Position numbers and translations under genes: made by a program. From Octopus sinensis (lineage: Eukaryota): a stretch of DNA of 64,000 nucleotides. Under the pieces are notes generated by a model, which worked only from the letters and a program-made list of their open reading frames with translations, ran no database searches and was not told the DNA's origin. The stretch is taken from the NCBI RefSeq assembly GCF_006345805.1, contig NC_042999.1, positions 46,376,001 through 46,440,000 on the forward strand. Direction: 5' to 3'. Positions 25,189 to 36,237 of this stretch are shown here, piece by piece (position 1 is the first letter of the stretch; each line of letters opens with the position of its first letter).

Positions 25189-26529
25189 ATGTGTATGTAT
25201 GTATGTATGCATGTATGCATACGTGTGTATGTGCGCTTAATCTACATAAATTTACATTGTTTTAATCCGTCCACTTCTGATGATGGACCTTTGCGCTTGC
25301 AGCCCATGAAGTTACTTAGCTTTCCTTTTTCACACTGTAAGAACTTCTTCGTTTGCATTATTTGCTAATTTTTGTTTTCTTATTTACAAATGAATTTATT
25401 GAGCACTCTCGTGAACAGCGTATTGCCTGAATAGTTTCGATCACAGAAGATAATATGTGATTTCTTCTTGCCAGAAGGTGCACTTTATCCTACGATAATA
25501 TATTCAAGAGGACAACAAAGAAGATATATCTCAATCGGCAATCTTTTTGTTCTTTGCAGCTATTTTCAGTATAAAACTGTCAAAACATTCTAAACACTAT
25601 AAAAATAGTACACTTTAGTATTAAGTTCTTGAGAAATAGTCTTTTGACTCAGTTGCTTTACTTGTCCATTTGCCATATAGTTTCAGTGATTGTTATGTTT
25701 TCCACTCTACATTATTCTTCACTATGAACTGTTCTGTCTTATTACTCATTCGACGAATTGTTGAAAAGAAACTAGGAAATGAGAAACAACTAGAAATGAC
25801 TTTCAGCTAACAGATGCAACAAAGACACTTGCCGAAAGCTTGAATACGTTAAATTCAGTGTTCTATCAACTCCGTGGAAATAAGGAAGAAAAACAATAAA
25901 AAAATAAAAACGCTTTTAGAGATTAGGAAGAAGATAACTTCTGTGTTTCAGAAATTCAAATAGTTTTCCTACATCAAATAAGTAAGAGCGTACAAACGTC
26001 AACATTCAGTAAATGCCATTGCAGACGTTACATTAAACGAAGTTGGTAGACCGATAATTTCGAGCAATCCATATCGAAATCAATAATGTATTTAACAAAA
26101 CTAGCTGCTAGCATATTTCAACACAATAGTACAAACAAATTGCAATTTGAAAATTTGGGAGAAAGAATTCAGAAATATACGTTATGTTCACCAAGCATGC
26201 CTATGCTATCCACTTCTCTTGGTTAATAAGGCTCTAGGAATTTGGTGAATAGGAAACGCAATCAATCTCAGTTGGCATTTGCGATAATATCTCTATTTAT
26301 TTACATGCCCTGTGTCAGGATGAGATCTCTCAAGTGCTGTAAAGCTATTCATCCCAATGGATGAATTTCTCTGACCTTCCTTTAACATCTAGTTTGAGTT
26401 TGGCAGCTGCTATAAGGCTTTTTCTGTAGCTGCTGATAACTGCACTACGTTGCAGATAGAAGACATAACAAGAAATGAAATAAATACAGATATTGCTGTT
26501 TGTAATCTGAGTTATGGTTAAAGTTATTG

Positions 26530-27893
26530 TTAAGTATGGTTAAGAGGTTCGCGTCACAACAAAGTAGTTCTCTGTCTGATCCAACTCCACAACATATGAG
26601 GCAAGTCTCTTTCTTCTCCCGTAAGCTCGGGTTCGTCGATGGTTTGAGAGTGAAATTTAAAAGTAGGATACTGTGTAGAATCCCATTATTTATATATATA
26701 TATATAGAAAATAGTAAAAAGTGAAAAAACTACAGAAGGCTTAAATGTTAAAAAATATATATTTGCGTCAATATGTCTGAAGAATATTAAAAAAATTTTT
26801 CTCTTATAATGACATAGTTTTGAAGAAAGACCGGTTTCGCGTTTAGCTTTTCAAATTTCTTACGACGTTATGTTTATGTTGAATAGAGTTATCGTTATGT
26901 TTATGTTCAAAAGAGTTCTAAATAAGGGGAGATAATGAGTGATTTCTTCCGGTGTAAGGGAGATAATCGCTTAAAATTTTTTTCCTTTCCCTTGGTGTGA
27001 ATTTCTCTGTATCAGTATGTTGGGATGGTTAAGTCTGGGCTTGTACTTTTCAATGAAGAATGTTTCCTTGTTTAGTCTAATTTATGTTGATGATCCGATA
27101 GCACATTGGTAAAATGGAAAGATTAAAAATTGTGGTAGTAGTTGCTTTGCGCATTTCTCAATGTGCTCACTAAAAGGTATCATTCTGTATTCTGGGAATG
27201 CAATCTGTTGTCGATGCAGTGTGCATCTACGTCTGAGTGATAGTCCCGTGGATCCCACGTAGTCTTGGTGGCAGCCCGAGCATTTTATGACATAAATTAT
27301 GTTTTCAGAGGCACAAGTAAAGTTAGATTTGATCTTGAATTTCTGTCCCTCTTTAAAGAGGAATTCTGATCCTTCTAGCAGGTTTGGACATGTTGCACAG
27401 TTCAATCTACCACATTTTTTTACTTTTGCATCCGTAATTTCAGAAGACAATTTTGCCTTTGTGAGAATCTTTTTAAGTGATTTGGATTGTTTGTAGCTTT
27501 TAATGATTTGGTGTATGTTTAGAATTTCCTTTAATTTGGGGTCCTTATGACGTATTGGTAAATTCTGGGTGATGATGGTGAAGGCTTCTTTGTTTCTGGG
27601 GTTGTATGTAGATATGTAAGGTAGTATTTTCGGGGAAGGTGTGTTGTTGTGTTGAACTTTTCATAAAGTTTCTATGTTGATTTCTGTTGCACGTCTGATC
27701 CCATCCTCTATGAGTTGAGCTGGGTAATGTCTGTCAATTAGGGTGTTTTTGAGTTCTTGCAGTCTAATGTTCCTGGTATTTTGTTCTGACACTATTGTGC
27801 ATATCCTTCTTGCAAGGTTGAAGGGGATGTTTGTTTTAGTGTGTCTTGGGTGGCATGAATTTAAAAGTAGGATACTGTGTAGAATCCCATTAT
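26530..27893 (-). mobile_element. 5'-truncated Penelope-like element, Neptune-type (RT C-terminus, Cys cluster, GIY-YIG endonuclease, 3' pLTR-like region)
   Basis: Minus frame SCHPRHTKTNIPFNLARRI...ETL*...LPYISTYNP...KKCGRLNCATC...FTCASENIIYVIKCSGCHQDYVGST...; after a frameshift, RLNKETFFIEKYKPRLN; 36-bp direct repeat at 26654-26689 and 27858-27893. Confidence 0.9.
26823..26861 (-). ncRNA. Putative minimal hammerhead ribozyme with variant U3-A8 core
   Basis: Minus strand AAGAAA-U-UUGAAAA-GC(UAAAC)GC-GAAA-CCGG-UC-UUUCUU: 6-bp stem I, 2-bp stem II, palindromic ACCGGU stem III. Confidence 0.5.
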
Positions 27894-28049
27894 ATTATAT
27901 ATATATATATTATATATATATATGTATATATATTATATATGTATATATATATATGTATATAATATATATATGTATATATATATATATTATGTATATATAT
28001 ATATATATGTATATATATATTATATATATATATATATGTTATATATATG

Positions 28050-28082
<33 letters not shown>

Positions 28083-28287
28083 GTAATATAATATATATGT
28101 AATATAATATATATATTATATATATATATATATAGATATATGTATATATATATATTATATGTATATATATATATATATTATATATATATAATATATATGT
28201 ATATATATAATATATATATATATATTATATATGTATATATGTATATATATATGTATATATATATATATGTATATATATATATTATAT

Positions 28288-28337
<50 letters not shown>

Positions 28338-28451
28338 TGTATAATATATATATATATATGTTATATATATGTATATATATATGTATATATATATATATTA
28401 TATGTATATATATATATATATAGATATATGTATATATATATATATATGTAG

Positions 28452-28497
<46 letters not shown>

Positions 28498-28514
28498 TAT
28501 ATATATATATATTG

Positions 28515-28561
<47 letters not shown>

Positions 28562-28810
28562 GTAATATATATATATATATGTATATATATATGTATATAT
28601 ATATATATTGTATATTATATATATATATGTATATATATTATATATATGTATATATATATATATGTATATATATATTATGTATATATATATATATGTATAT
28701 ATATATATAATATATATATATATGTATATATGTATATATATATGTATATATATATGTGTATATATATATATATATATATAATATATGTTATATATATATA
28801 TATATATGTA
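27894..28810. repeat. ~0.9-kb degenerate (TA)n tract
   Basis: Direct inspection. Confidence 0.95.
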
Positions 28811-29001
28811 TACATTATATAATTAGGGCTTAGTAAAATAAATTACTTTGCCACATACTGAACTTAGTAGAAATAGCAGCCAAAAAAAATTTTCTTAGCA
28901 TTACTACTACTTAAAGAAAATTCTCTCAGATAATGTTTACTCTAGACAGCTCACGAAGGTTTGGGGGTAAATACAGAAAAATATCACAAGTACATAGATC
29001 G

Positions 29002-29064
29002 TTTGAGTACGTCTACGTTTCAAGATTAGCCAAATGAAATCAGCATTTCTTTCGTCAGCTCAAA
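29002..29064 (-). ncRNA. Type I hammerhead ribozyme
   Basis: UUUGAG-CUGACGA-AAGA(22 nt)UCUU-GAAA-CGU(AG)ACGUA^CUCAAA; invariant core present and all three stems pair. Confidence 0.88.
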
Positions 29065-29862
29065 ATTTCTTAATTTGGATTTGGAAACACTAAAAAGAAG
29101 GAACTTTACCTATCAGCGAACTACTCGCTTCAGATGAACCACTCCAACTAACAGTGTCAACAAATTCAAAATGGGCAGGCGTAAAATTCTGCACTCCCCA
29201 TTCCACCCACGTGGTCTATCTAGCAAACATTATATTTTAACCGCGAGAAACCGAGGCAGTATGACCGAGAGAAATGAATTATAATATCAACAATTGAGGG
29301 TAAAATTAATTAATTAATCAATTTCACCAAGTGTTCAGTATGTAAAAGGACCATTTAAGGCGAATTCAAAATATTACATTATATAATTAGGGCTTAGTAA
29401 AATAAATTACTTTGCCACATACTGAACTTTATCTGAGAGAAATTTTCTTTAAGTAGTAGTAATGCTAAGAAAATTTTTTTTGGCTGCTATTTCTACTAAG
29501 TTCAGTATGTGGCAAAGTAATTTATTTTACTAAGCCCTAATTATATAATGTAATATTTTGAATTCGCCTTAAATGGTCCTTTTACATACTGAACACTTGG
29601 TGAAATTGATTAATTAATTAATTTTACCCTTAATTGTTGATATTATAATTCATTTCTCTCGGTCATACTGCCTCGGTTTCTCGCGGTTAAAATATAATGT
29701 TTGCTAGATAGACCACGTGGGTGGAATGGGGAGTGCAGAATTTTACGCCTGCCCATTTTGAATTTGTTGACACTGTTAGTTGGAGTGGTTCATCTGAAGC
29801 GAGTAGTTCGCTGATAGGTAAAGTTCCTTCTTTTTAGTGTTTCCAAATCCAAATTAAGAAAT

Positions 29863-29925
29863 TTTGAGCTGACGAAAGAAATGCTGATTTCATTTGGCTA
29901 ATCTTGAAACGTTGACGTACTCAAA
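29863..29925 (+). ncRNA. Type I hammerhead ribozyme, predicted cleavage after A29919
   Basis: UUUGAG-CUGACGA-AAGA(22 nt)UCUU-GAAA-CGU(UG)ACGUA^CUCAAA; differs from the minus copy only in the stem III loop. Confidence 0.88.
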
Positions 29926-30259
29926 CGATCTATGTACTTGTGATATTTTTCTGTATTTACCCCCAAACCTTCGTGAGCTGTCTAGAGTAAACATTATCTG
30001 AGAGAAATTTTCTTTAAGTAGTAGTAATGCTAAGAAAATTTTTTTGGCTGCTATTTCTACTAAGTTCAGTATGTGGCAAAGTAATTTATTTTACTAAGCC
30101 CTAATTATATAATGTAATATTTTGAATTCGCCTTAAATGGTCCTTTTACATACTGAACACTTGGTGAAATTGATTAATTAATTAATTTTACCCTCAATTG
30201 TTGATATATATATATGTATATATATATGTATATATATATATGTATATATATATTATATA

Positions 30260-30295
<36 letters not shown>

Positions 30296-30311
30296 GATGT
30301 ATACGTATTGT

Positions 30312-30550
30312 GAAGGCGCATGGCTCAGTAGTTAGAGCGTCGAGCTTACGATCGTGAAGTTGTGAGTTCGAATCCCGGACCGGGTTGCATGTTGTGTTCT
30401 TGAGCAAGACACTTTATTTCACGTTACTCCAGTTCACTCAGCTGTAGAAATGAGTTGCGACGTCACTGATGCCAAGCTGTATCGGCCCCTTTGCCTTTTC
30501 GTTGGATAACATCGGTGGCATGGAGAGGGGAGTCCGGTATGCATGAGCGA
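30312..30550 (+). mobile_element. SINE family B variant
   Basis: TGGCTCAGTAGTTAGAGC and GAGTTCGAATCC boxes; CTTGAGCAAGACACTT CORE-like motif. Confidence 0.8.
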
Positions 30551-30806
30551 CTGTTGTGTGTATGTATGTATGTATATATATGTATGTATGATGAATGCCA
30601 GGTTATACAATCATTGAATTAGAGAATGAACTGGCTGAGTATTTCGCTGACACGTATACTCTTAACGTAATTCACAGCTAGAATCAGCATGATGCACAGT
30701 AAGGCAAAGATAGACCTTTGAATTAGAAGTACATTTTCCGTTTATCGAAATTCGCCAACGATATGTACCGGAGGTGCCAAGCTGTGAGAACGAATAAAGG
30801 ACATCA

Positions 30807-30906
30807 TGGCTGCGAAGCGAATTTCTTAATCAACCATTAATGGTTGCGAAGCGAATTTCTTCATCAACCATTCAAGGCTGCGAAGCGAATTTCTTAATCA
30901 ACCATT
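30807..30906. repeat. 3 x 34-bp tandem repeat
   Basis: Unit (t/a)ggctgcgaagcgaatttcttaatcaaccatt(a/c)a. Confidence 0.9.
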
Positions 30907-32124
30907 TCTGCACCTAGAATAATGTTATAGAGTAAAGGTGGTCTTCTGGATAGCGGTGCTAACACTAGTTTCTGATTGATACTTCAGTTCTGAAGTATTA
31001 AACTGGTCATGCTTGAAAAAACCTTATATGTGTCATATATTTCAAGTGTTTCTCTTCGGCTAACTAAGAATTTGAAAATAAAACGTAATGGAAGGAAATA
31101 CTTGCTTGTTGGCTGTGTGTAGATAACTGTGACCATAGACAAGAGATGATGTGAAGAGAAATGAAAGTACTGCAGCTATACGAAAGAGCCTAGACAAACC
31201 ATACTAAGAAGGCGCCTATGTGGTATTTCGATTTGCTAGAAATAGCAATCAAACCTTCTTCATATTGGTTTCAAATTTTGGTACAAGGCCAGCAATTTTA
31301 GGGAAGAAAAAAGTCATTTATATCGCCCCCAGTGCTCAAGAGGTACTTATTTTATCGACCCCGAAAGCGCGAAAAGTCAAGTCAACTCCGGTCAAATTCG
31401 AACTCAGAACGTAAAGATGGACGGAATGCTGCTAAGCATTGTGGCCATTATGCTAACGGTCTTACCAGCTCGCCGCCTTAAATCTTTCTCACATTAGACG
31501 ATATTGCCGTAAATACACAATGTATGAAAAACATATATAAAAGACGAAGACACAAATGATCAGAGTTTTCTTAGTCAGTTTAACATTAGCAACAGCAAAA
31601 ATTAGCAACGTTATGCGTTTAAACGGTTGACAGAGTGGGATGGAGGTACTAGTTTCGTTCTCAAACGATATATGGAATAGTTTGGAAAGATTTTAGGTTT
31701 AAACGCTTTTCTATGAACGAAAATTAGCCAGGGGCTTGATGATTTGACTAAGGAGGCCATCCTGCTTCTAGAGGTAAGCATCTGAAAGGATGTTCACCAT
31801 ATTGTCATTGTGTTGTTTACAATAAGTATAATCAACAGCTTAAAATAATATACATAATTAAATATCATGTTTCTTTTATATTGTCGATCAAATAGTATTT
31901 TTGTCTGATATATGTATATATGCATAAAATGTATACGTACATTCATACAAAGTGTTAAAAGCTAACGTAAATGACCTTCGGAGCAGTAGTGAACTACTTA
32001 ATGAACACTCAGTGTCTGATGACCTGCTATTTGAACCCAGAAGTGTAGGACTAGCATACTTCAGCAAAAACTTGATAACACTTTGCATACCGAGAAAAAT
32101 TTATGTATAGGTATGTTTCCAGTT

Positions 32125-32370
32125 GTGGAAGCGCGTGGCTTAGTGGTTAGGGTGTCAGCATCGTGATCGTATGATTGTGGTTTCGATTCCTGGAACGGGC
32201 GACGCGTTGTGTTTTTGAGCAAAACACTTCATTTCACGTTGCTCCAGTCCACTCAGCTGGCAAAAAGGAGTAACGCTGCGATGAACTGGCGTCCCGTCCA
32301 GCTGGGGAACACATACGCCATTGAAACCGGGAAACTGGGCTCGTGAGCCTGGCTAGGCTTTTAAGGGGCA
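32125..32370 (+). mobile_element. SINE family B variant
   Basis: Reverse complement of 24915-25152. Confidence 0.85.
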
Positions 32371-32419
32371 CATTAATTAATTAATGTTTCCAGTAGACTT
32401 GAGGTATATGATATTATTG

Positions 32420-33095
32420 CTTTCAAAATTTGGCACAAGGCCAGAAATTTTGGAGTAAGGTGTATGTCGATTAGATCGACCATAGCGCTCAGTTTGTACT
32501 TACTATATCGACTCTGAAAGGATGACAGACGTAGTCGATGTTGGAGGAATTTGAACTTAGAACGTAAGGACGAACGAAATGCCGATACGCATTTTGCTCT
32601 GCATGTAAACGATTCTGCCAGCTCACTGCCTTCAGAAGCATGATTATAGTGACTTCAAATTCTGTCTCAAGGCCAGTAATTTCGTAGGAAGCGATAAGGC
32701 GATTACATCGACCCCAATATTCAACTGGTACTTATTCTATCGATTACGAAAGGAATGAAAGGCAAAGTCAACACCGGCGGAATTTGAACTCAACGTCAAG
32801 TCGAAGAAATGCCGCTAAGCATTTTTCCCGGCGCAGTAATGATACTACCAGCTCATCACCTCAAGGAATACGATAATAATGGTTTCAAATTTTGGCAGAA
32901 AGCCAGTAATTTCGGGGCAGGGACTAGGTAGATTACATTGACACCAATGCCAGCTGATATTTATTTCATCGACCCTGAAATGGATGAAAGACAAAATCGA
33001 CTTCGGCGGAATTTGAATTCAGAGCGTAAAGACGGATAAAATGCCGCTAAGCATTCTGCCCAGCATGCTAAAGATTCTACCATCTCACCGCCTTA
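32420..33095 (-). mobile_element. Three tandem diverged SINE family C copies
   Basis: Three recurrences of TTTCAAATT(T/C)TG...AAGGCCAG...ATCGACCC...GAATTTGAAC...GCCAGCTC. Confidence 0.75.
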
Positions 33096-33352
33096 AGGAA
33101 TATGATAATATCAACACTAAGTGTAGCATCTCTTGGACTCGTGACCTATACATCATGTGCATATCGATTGCTTCTGCAATCCCAAAGCAGGAGATAACAA
33201 TAAAGTATCTAATGAACATAAACCCTCAAACTCCCAAGATGCAACCATAAATGTCAATTATATCAATCTTCTGTGGCGGATGTAATATAGATAATCAGTA
33301 ACTGTCTCGAAATGTCATCGAGGTACTAACTCCCATTGCATGGTACAATGCC

Positions 33353-33637
33353 ATTCGAATAATATACAGCCCACAGAAAAAGAAAAAAAAAGAACCTGCC
33401 TATATAATATATACTCTTTTACTCTTTTACTTGTTTCAGTCATTTGACTGTGGCCATGCTGGAGCACCGCCTTTAGTCGAGCAAATCGATCCCAGGACTT
33501 ATTCTTTGGAATAGGCCTAGTACTTATTCTATCGGTCTCTTTTGCCGAACCACTAAGTTACGGGGACATAAACACACCGGCATCGGTTGTCAAGCGATGT
33601 TGGGGTGGGGGCAAACACAAACACACAAACGTATACA

Positions 33638-33640
<3 letters not shown>
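33353..33640 (-). mobile_element. SINE family A (3' half)
   Basis: Family match. Confidence 0.85.
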
Positions 33641-33706
<66 letters not shown>

Positions 33707-35075
33707 CACACACACACACACGCACACACATATATATATAATAATAATAATAATAAGAGTAAATAATTTCTTTAATGGTTTTTAACAAACCAACAATTAT
33801 TTACTGGTAGATTTCGGCATGTAAATATAACCATTAACGGTAGGAACTTCTGTAAAGTTCAGTATATATATATTGTATATAAATAAAAGGGGCAGGCAAC
33901 AGGTTGCTTGGCTGCATACCGAAACAATTAGAAATGGCAGCCATAGACTGTTTATTTCTATTTTCTACAAATGGGACTCCACATACGACATATCCCTGTA
34001 ATTCACATATGCAAAACAGAAGGAATAAATAACGAAAACAAAGTCTAATGGTCATTTGCGAACATGTTTCTAGATTAGAAATGTAATTTCATATCTTTCA
34101 TCAGCGCAACTCTCCATAAAAATAGATTTATCAAATGGTACGTACCTCATCCTTCTGACCAGGCGACATCAAAAGAGTGGAAGAAAGCGAGCATAGGCTA
34201 AACCTAAATAGACAGTTGAATTCATCCAATTTTCCTTCTACCAAATCCATTCACAAGGCTTTGGTCGGCCCGAGGCTATAGCAGAAGACACTTTCCCAAG
34301 GTGCCACGCAATGGGACTGAACCCGGAACCATGTGGTTCGTAAGCAAGCTACTTATCACACAGCCACTCCTACGCCTATATAAGAATAAACGTCTTTGTT
34401 ATTGAAGGAATACATTTATAACAACAGAACGAATATCATCAGAACATTCCAGTTAAAACTTCTACCAGTTGCAAATAAAACGGGCCTGATATAGTTATTT
34501 GGGGCTGAAAAGAAACAAATTATGCATAGTCATAGAAGATAACTGCTCTAAGAATGTGTGTATCTTTTTCAAAATCAGCGAGAAGGAGGAATATTTATGG
34601 ACAGTTATTTCGAAACCTGTAGCTTTAGCATGACACATTTACATATACAGCAATAATTGTGGGTACATCAATTTTGTTATTAACTGTTTTGGCAACAATC
34701 TGGAAAAAAGCTGGGATTTTCGGAGAGGAGAAAGAAGCTGTTTAATATGCACTTTAAAAACACAATCTCTAACTGAAATATAAAAATTGGCAAGATTTCC
34801 CCTAAAGTTCAATACGTAATAATTACAATTGTTGTTACTCAAATTCCAGCGTTAGAGCTTTTTTTCCTTTATTAGAAACCAGCTCCGTTCCAGAAAAAAA
34901 TTCTAGTATATGAGAAGGACTTACGTACCAACCAAACAGCCACCCACATAGTATATTGCAAATAATTGGATAAATCACATTACTTAAAAGTTTCAATGTG
35001 AGAAAAATACTGTTCGTTGTTCTGTTGTCAGTTTCTGAGTCATATCCATCCATCCATCCGTTTATGCACATGCAG

Positions 35076-35139
<64 letters not shown>

Positions 35140-35145
<6 letters not shown>

Positions 35146-35765
35146 GATGGCTGCCCCCTTGTTATCGAGTATGGCCATTGCACGAAGCTTAACTGTTACT
35201 GGTGTTGTGATCGAATGTGACTTTTTAGCCCAGCTAAAGATCTACAATGTCTTGTACAGAATTGGCAACTAAGACCTTTACTGGTAATAGCCGGCTGTAG
35301 TTGTAACTGGGCTTCATGTACCTTTGCATGTCGTTTAAGTCCTCCTGCCGAATTACACTCTCTTCCACATGCCCGACAGATATGATTAGTATGGTGTGTT
35401 ACACCACCACCAGTGGCCAGGTTGTCACTCATCTGTCTCGTTTTATGACTACGAAGATGACTCTTGAGTCCAGCTTTACTGAGGCAGGGTCTTGCATCAA
35501 AAGAAGACCCTTCCCTTCTGTAACAGCAATGCCCTTCCATACATCCCTCCTTACTTTCTCATGTGCAACTCGAGATTTCTCAAAAGTGGCTGTCCCCTCA
35601 TGCACAATCCTTCTCCACCTGCTACGATCTATAGCTATGCCTTCCCATGTGTCAGGAGAGATGCAAGCATCTCTTAAGGAAGCCTTCAGCAAGTCCTTAT
35701 ACCTCTTCATTGGTTTATGGGGAGGTCGTTCTCCTTTAGCTAACTCTCCATTAAATTGGTATTCA
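35140..35765 (-). mobile_element. RTE (BovB-like) LINE 3' end with C2H2-type zinc fingers
   Basis: NGELAKGERPPHKPMKRYKD...DRSRWRRIVHEG; then CRACGRECNSAGGLKRH and CQFCTRHCRSLAGLKSHIRSQH. Confidence 0.85.
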
Positions 35766-35794
35766 TACATACATATATACATACATACATACAT

Positions 35795-36035
35795 ACATAC
35801 TCTTTTACTCTTTTCAGTCATTTGACTGTAGCCATGCTGGAGAACCGCCTTTAGTCGAGCAAATCGACCCCAGGACTTATTCTTTGTAAGACCTGTACTT
35901 ATTCTACCCTATTCACTCACAAGCCTTTAGTCGGCCCAAGGCTATAGTAGAAGACACGTGCCCAAGGTGCCACGCAGTGGGACTGAACCCAGAACCATGT
36001 GGTTGGTAAGCAAGCTACTTATCACACAGCTACTT
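35795..36035 (-). mobile_element. Internally deleted SINE family A
   Basis: Head and tail match the family; central part missing. Confidence 0.8.
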
Positions 36036-36237
36036 ACCACACTCCTACATACACACATACATACATACATACATACATACATACATACATACATACATAC
36101 ATACATACATACATACAAAGAGCATGTATAGACATGCATATATGTAAGCATGTTTGCATACATACAAAAGTATATGTGTGTATTCAAAATAAATTGTGAA
36201 TTATTAATTAATTTCAATTTCCTTTTCTTCATATCAG

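Larger units (their letters stand above)
28811..30207. mobile_element. Hammerhead-containing non-coding ~565-nt tandem unit in inverted arrangement (retrozyme-like)
   Basis: Period 564 nt in the left arm (28811 vs 29375) and 565 nt in the right (29431 vs 29996); inverted arms 28811-29429 and 29498-30116; (TA)n on both flanks. Confidence 0.88.

Noticed and set aside
25277-25310. CTGATGA-TGG...CCA-TGAAG hammerhead-like motif; also a GRPIIS peptide near 26045
   Set aside because: Lacks GAAA and a stem III/stem I, and the surrounding RT-like similarity is too fragmentary; possibly a very old PLE remnant but unsupported
30807-30906. 34-bp repeats as a CRISPR array
   Set aside because: Directly tandem with no spacers; eukaryotic context
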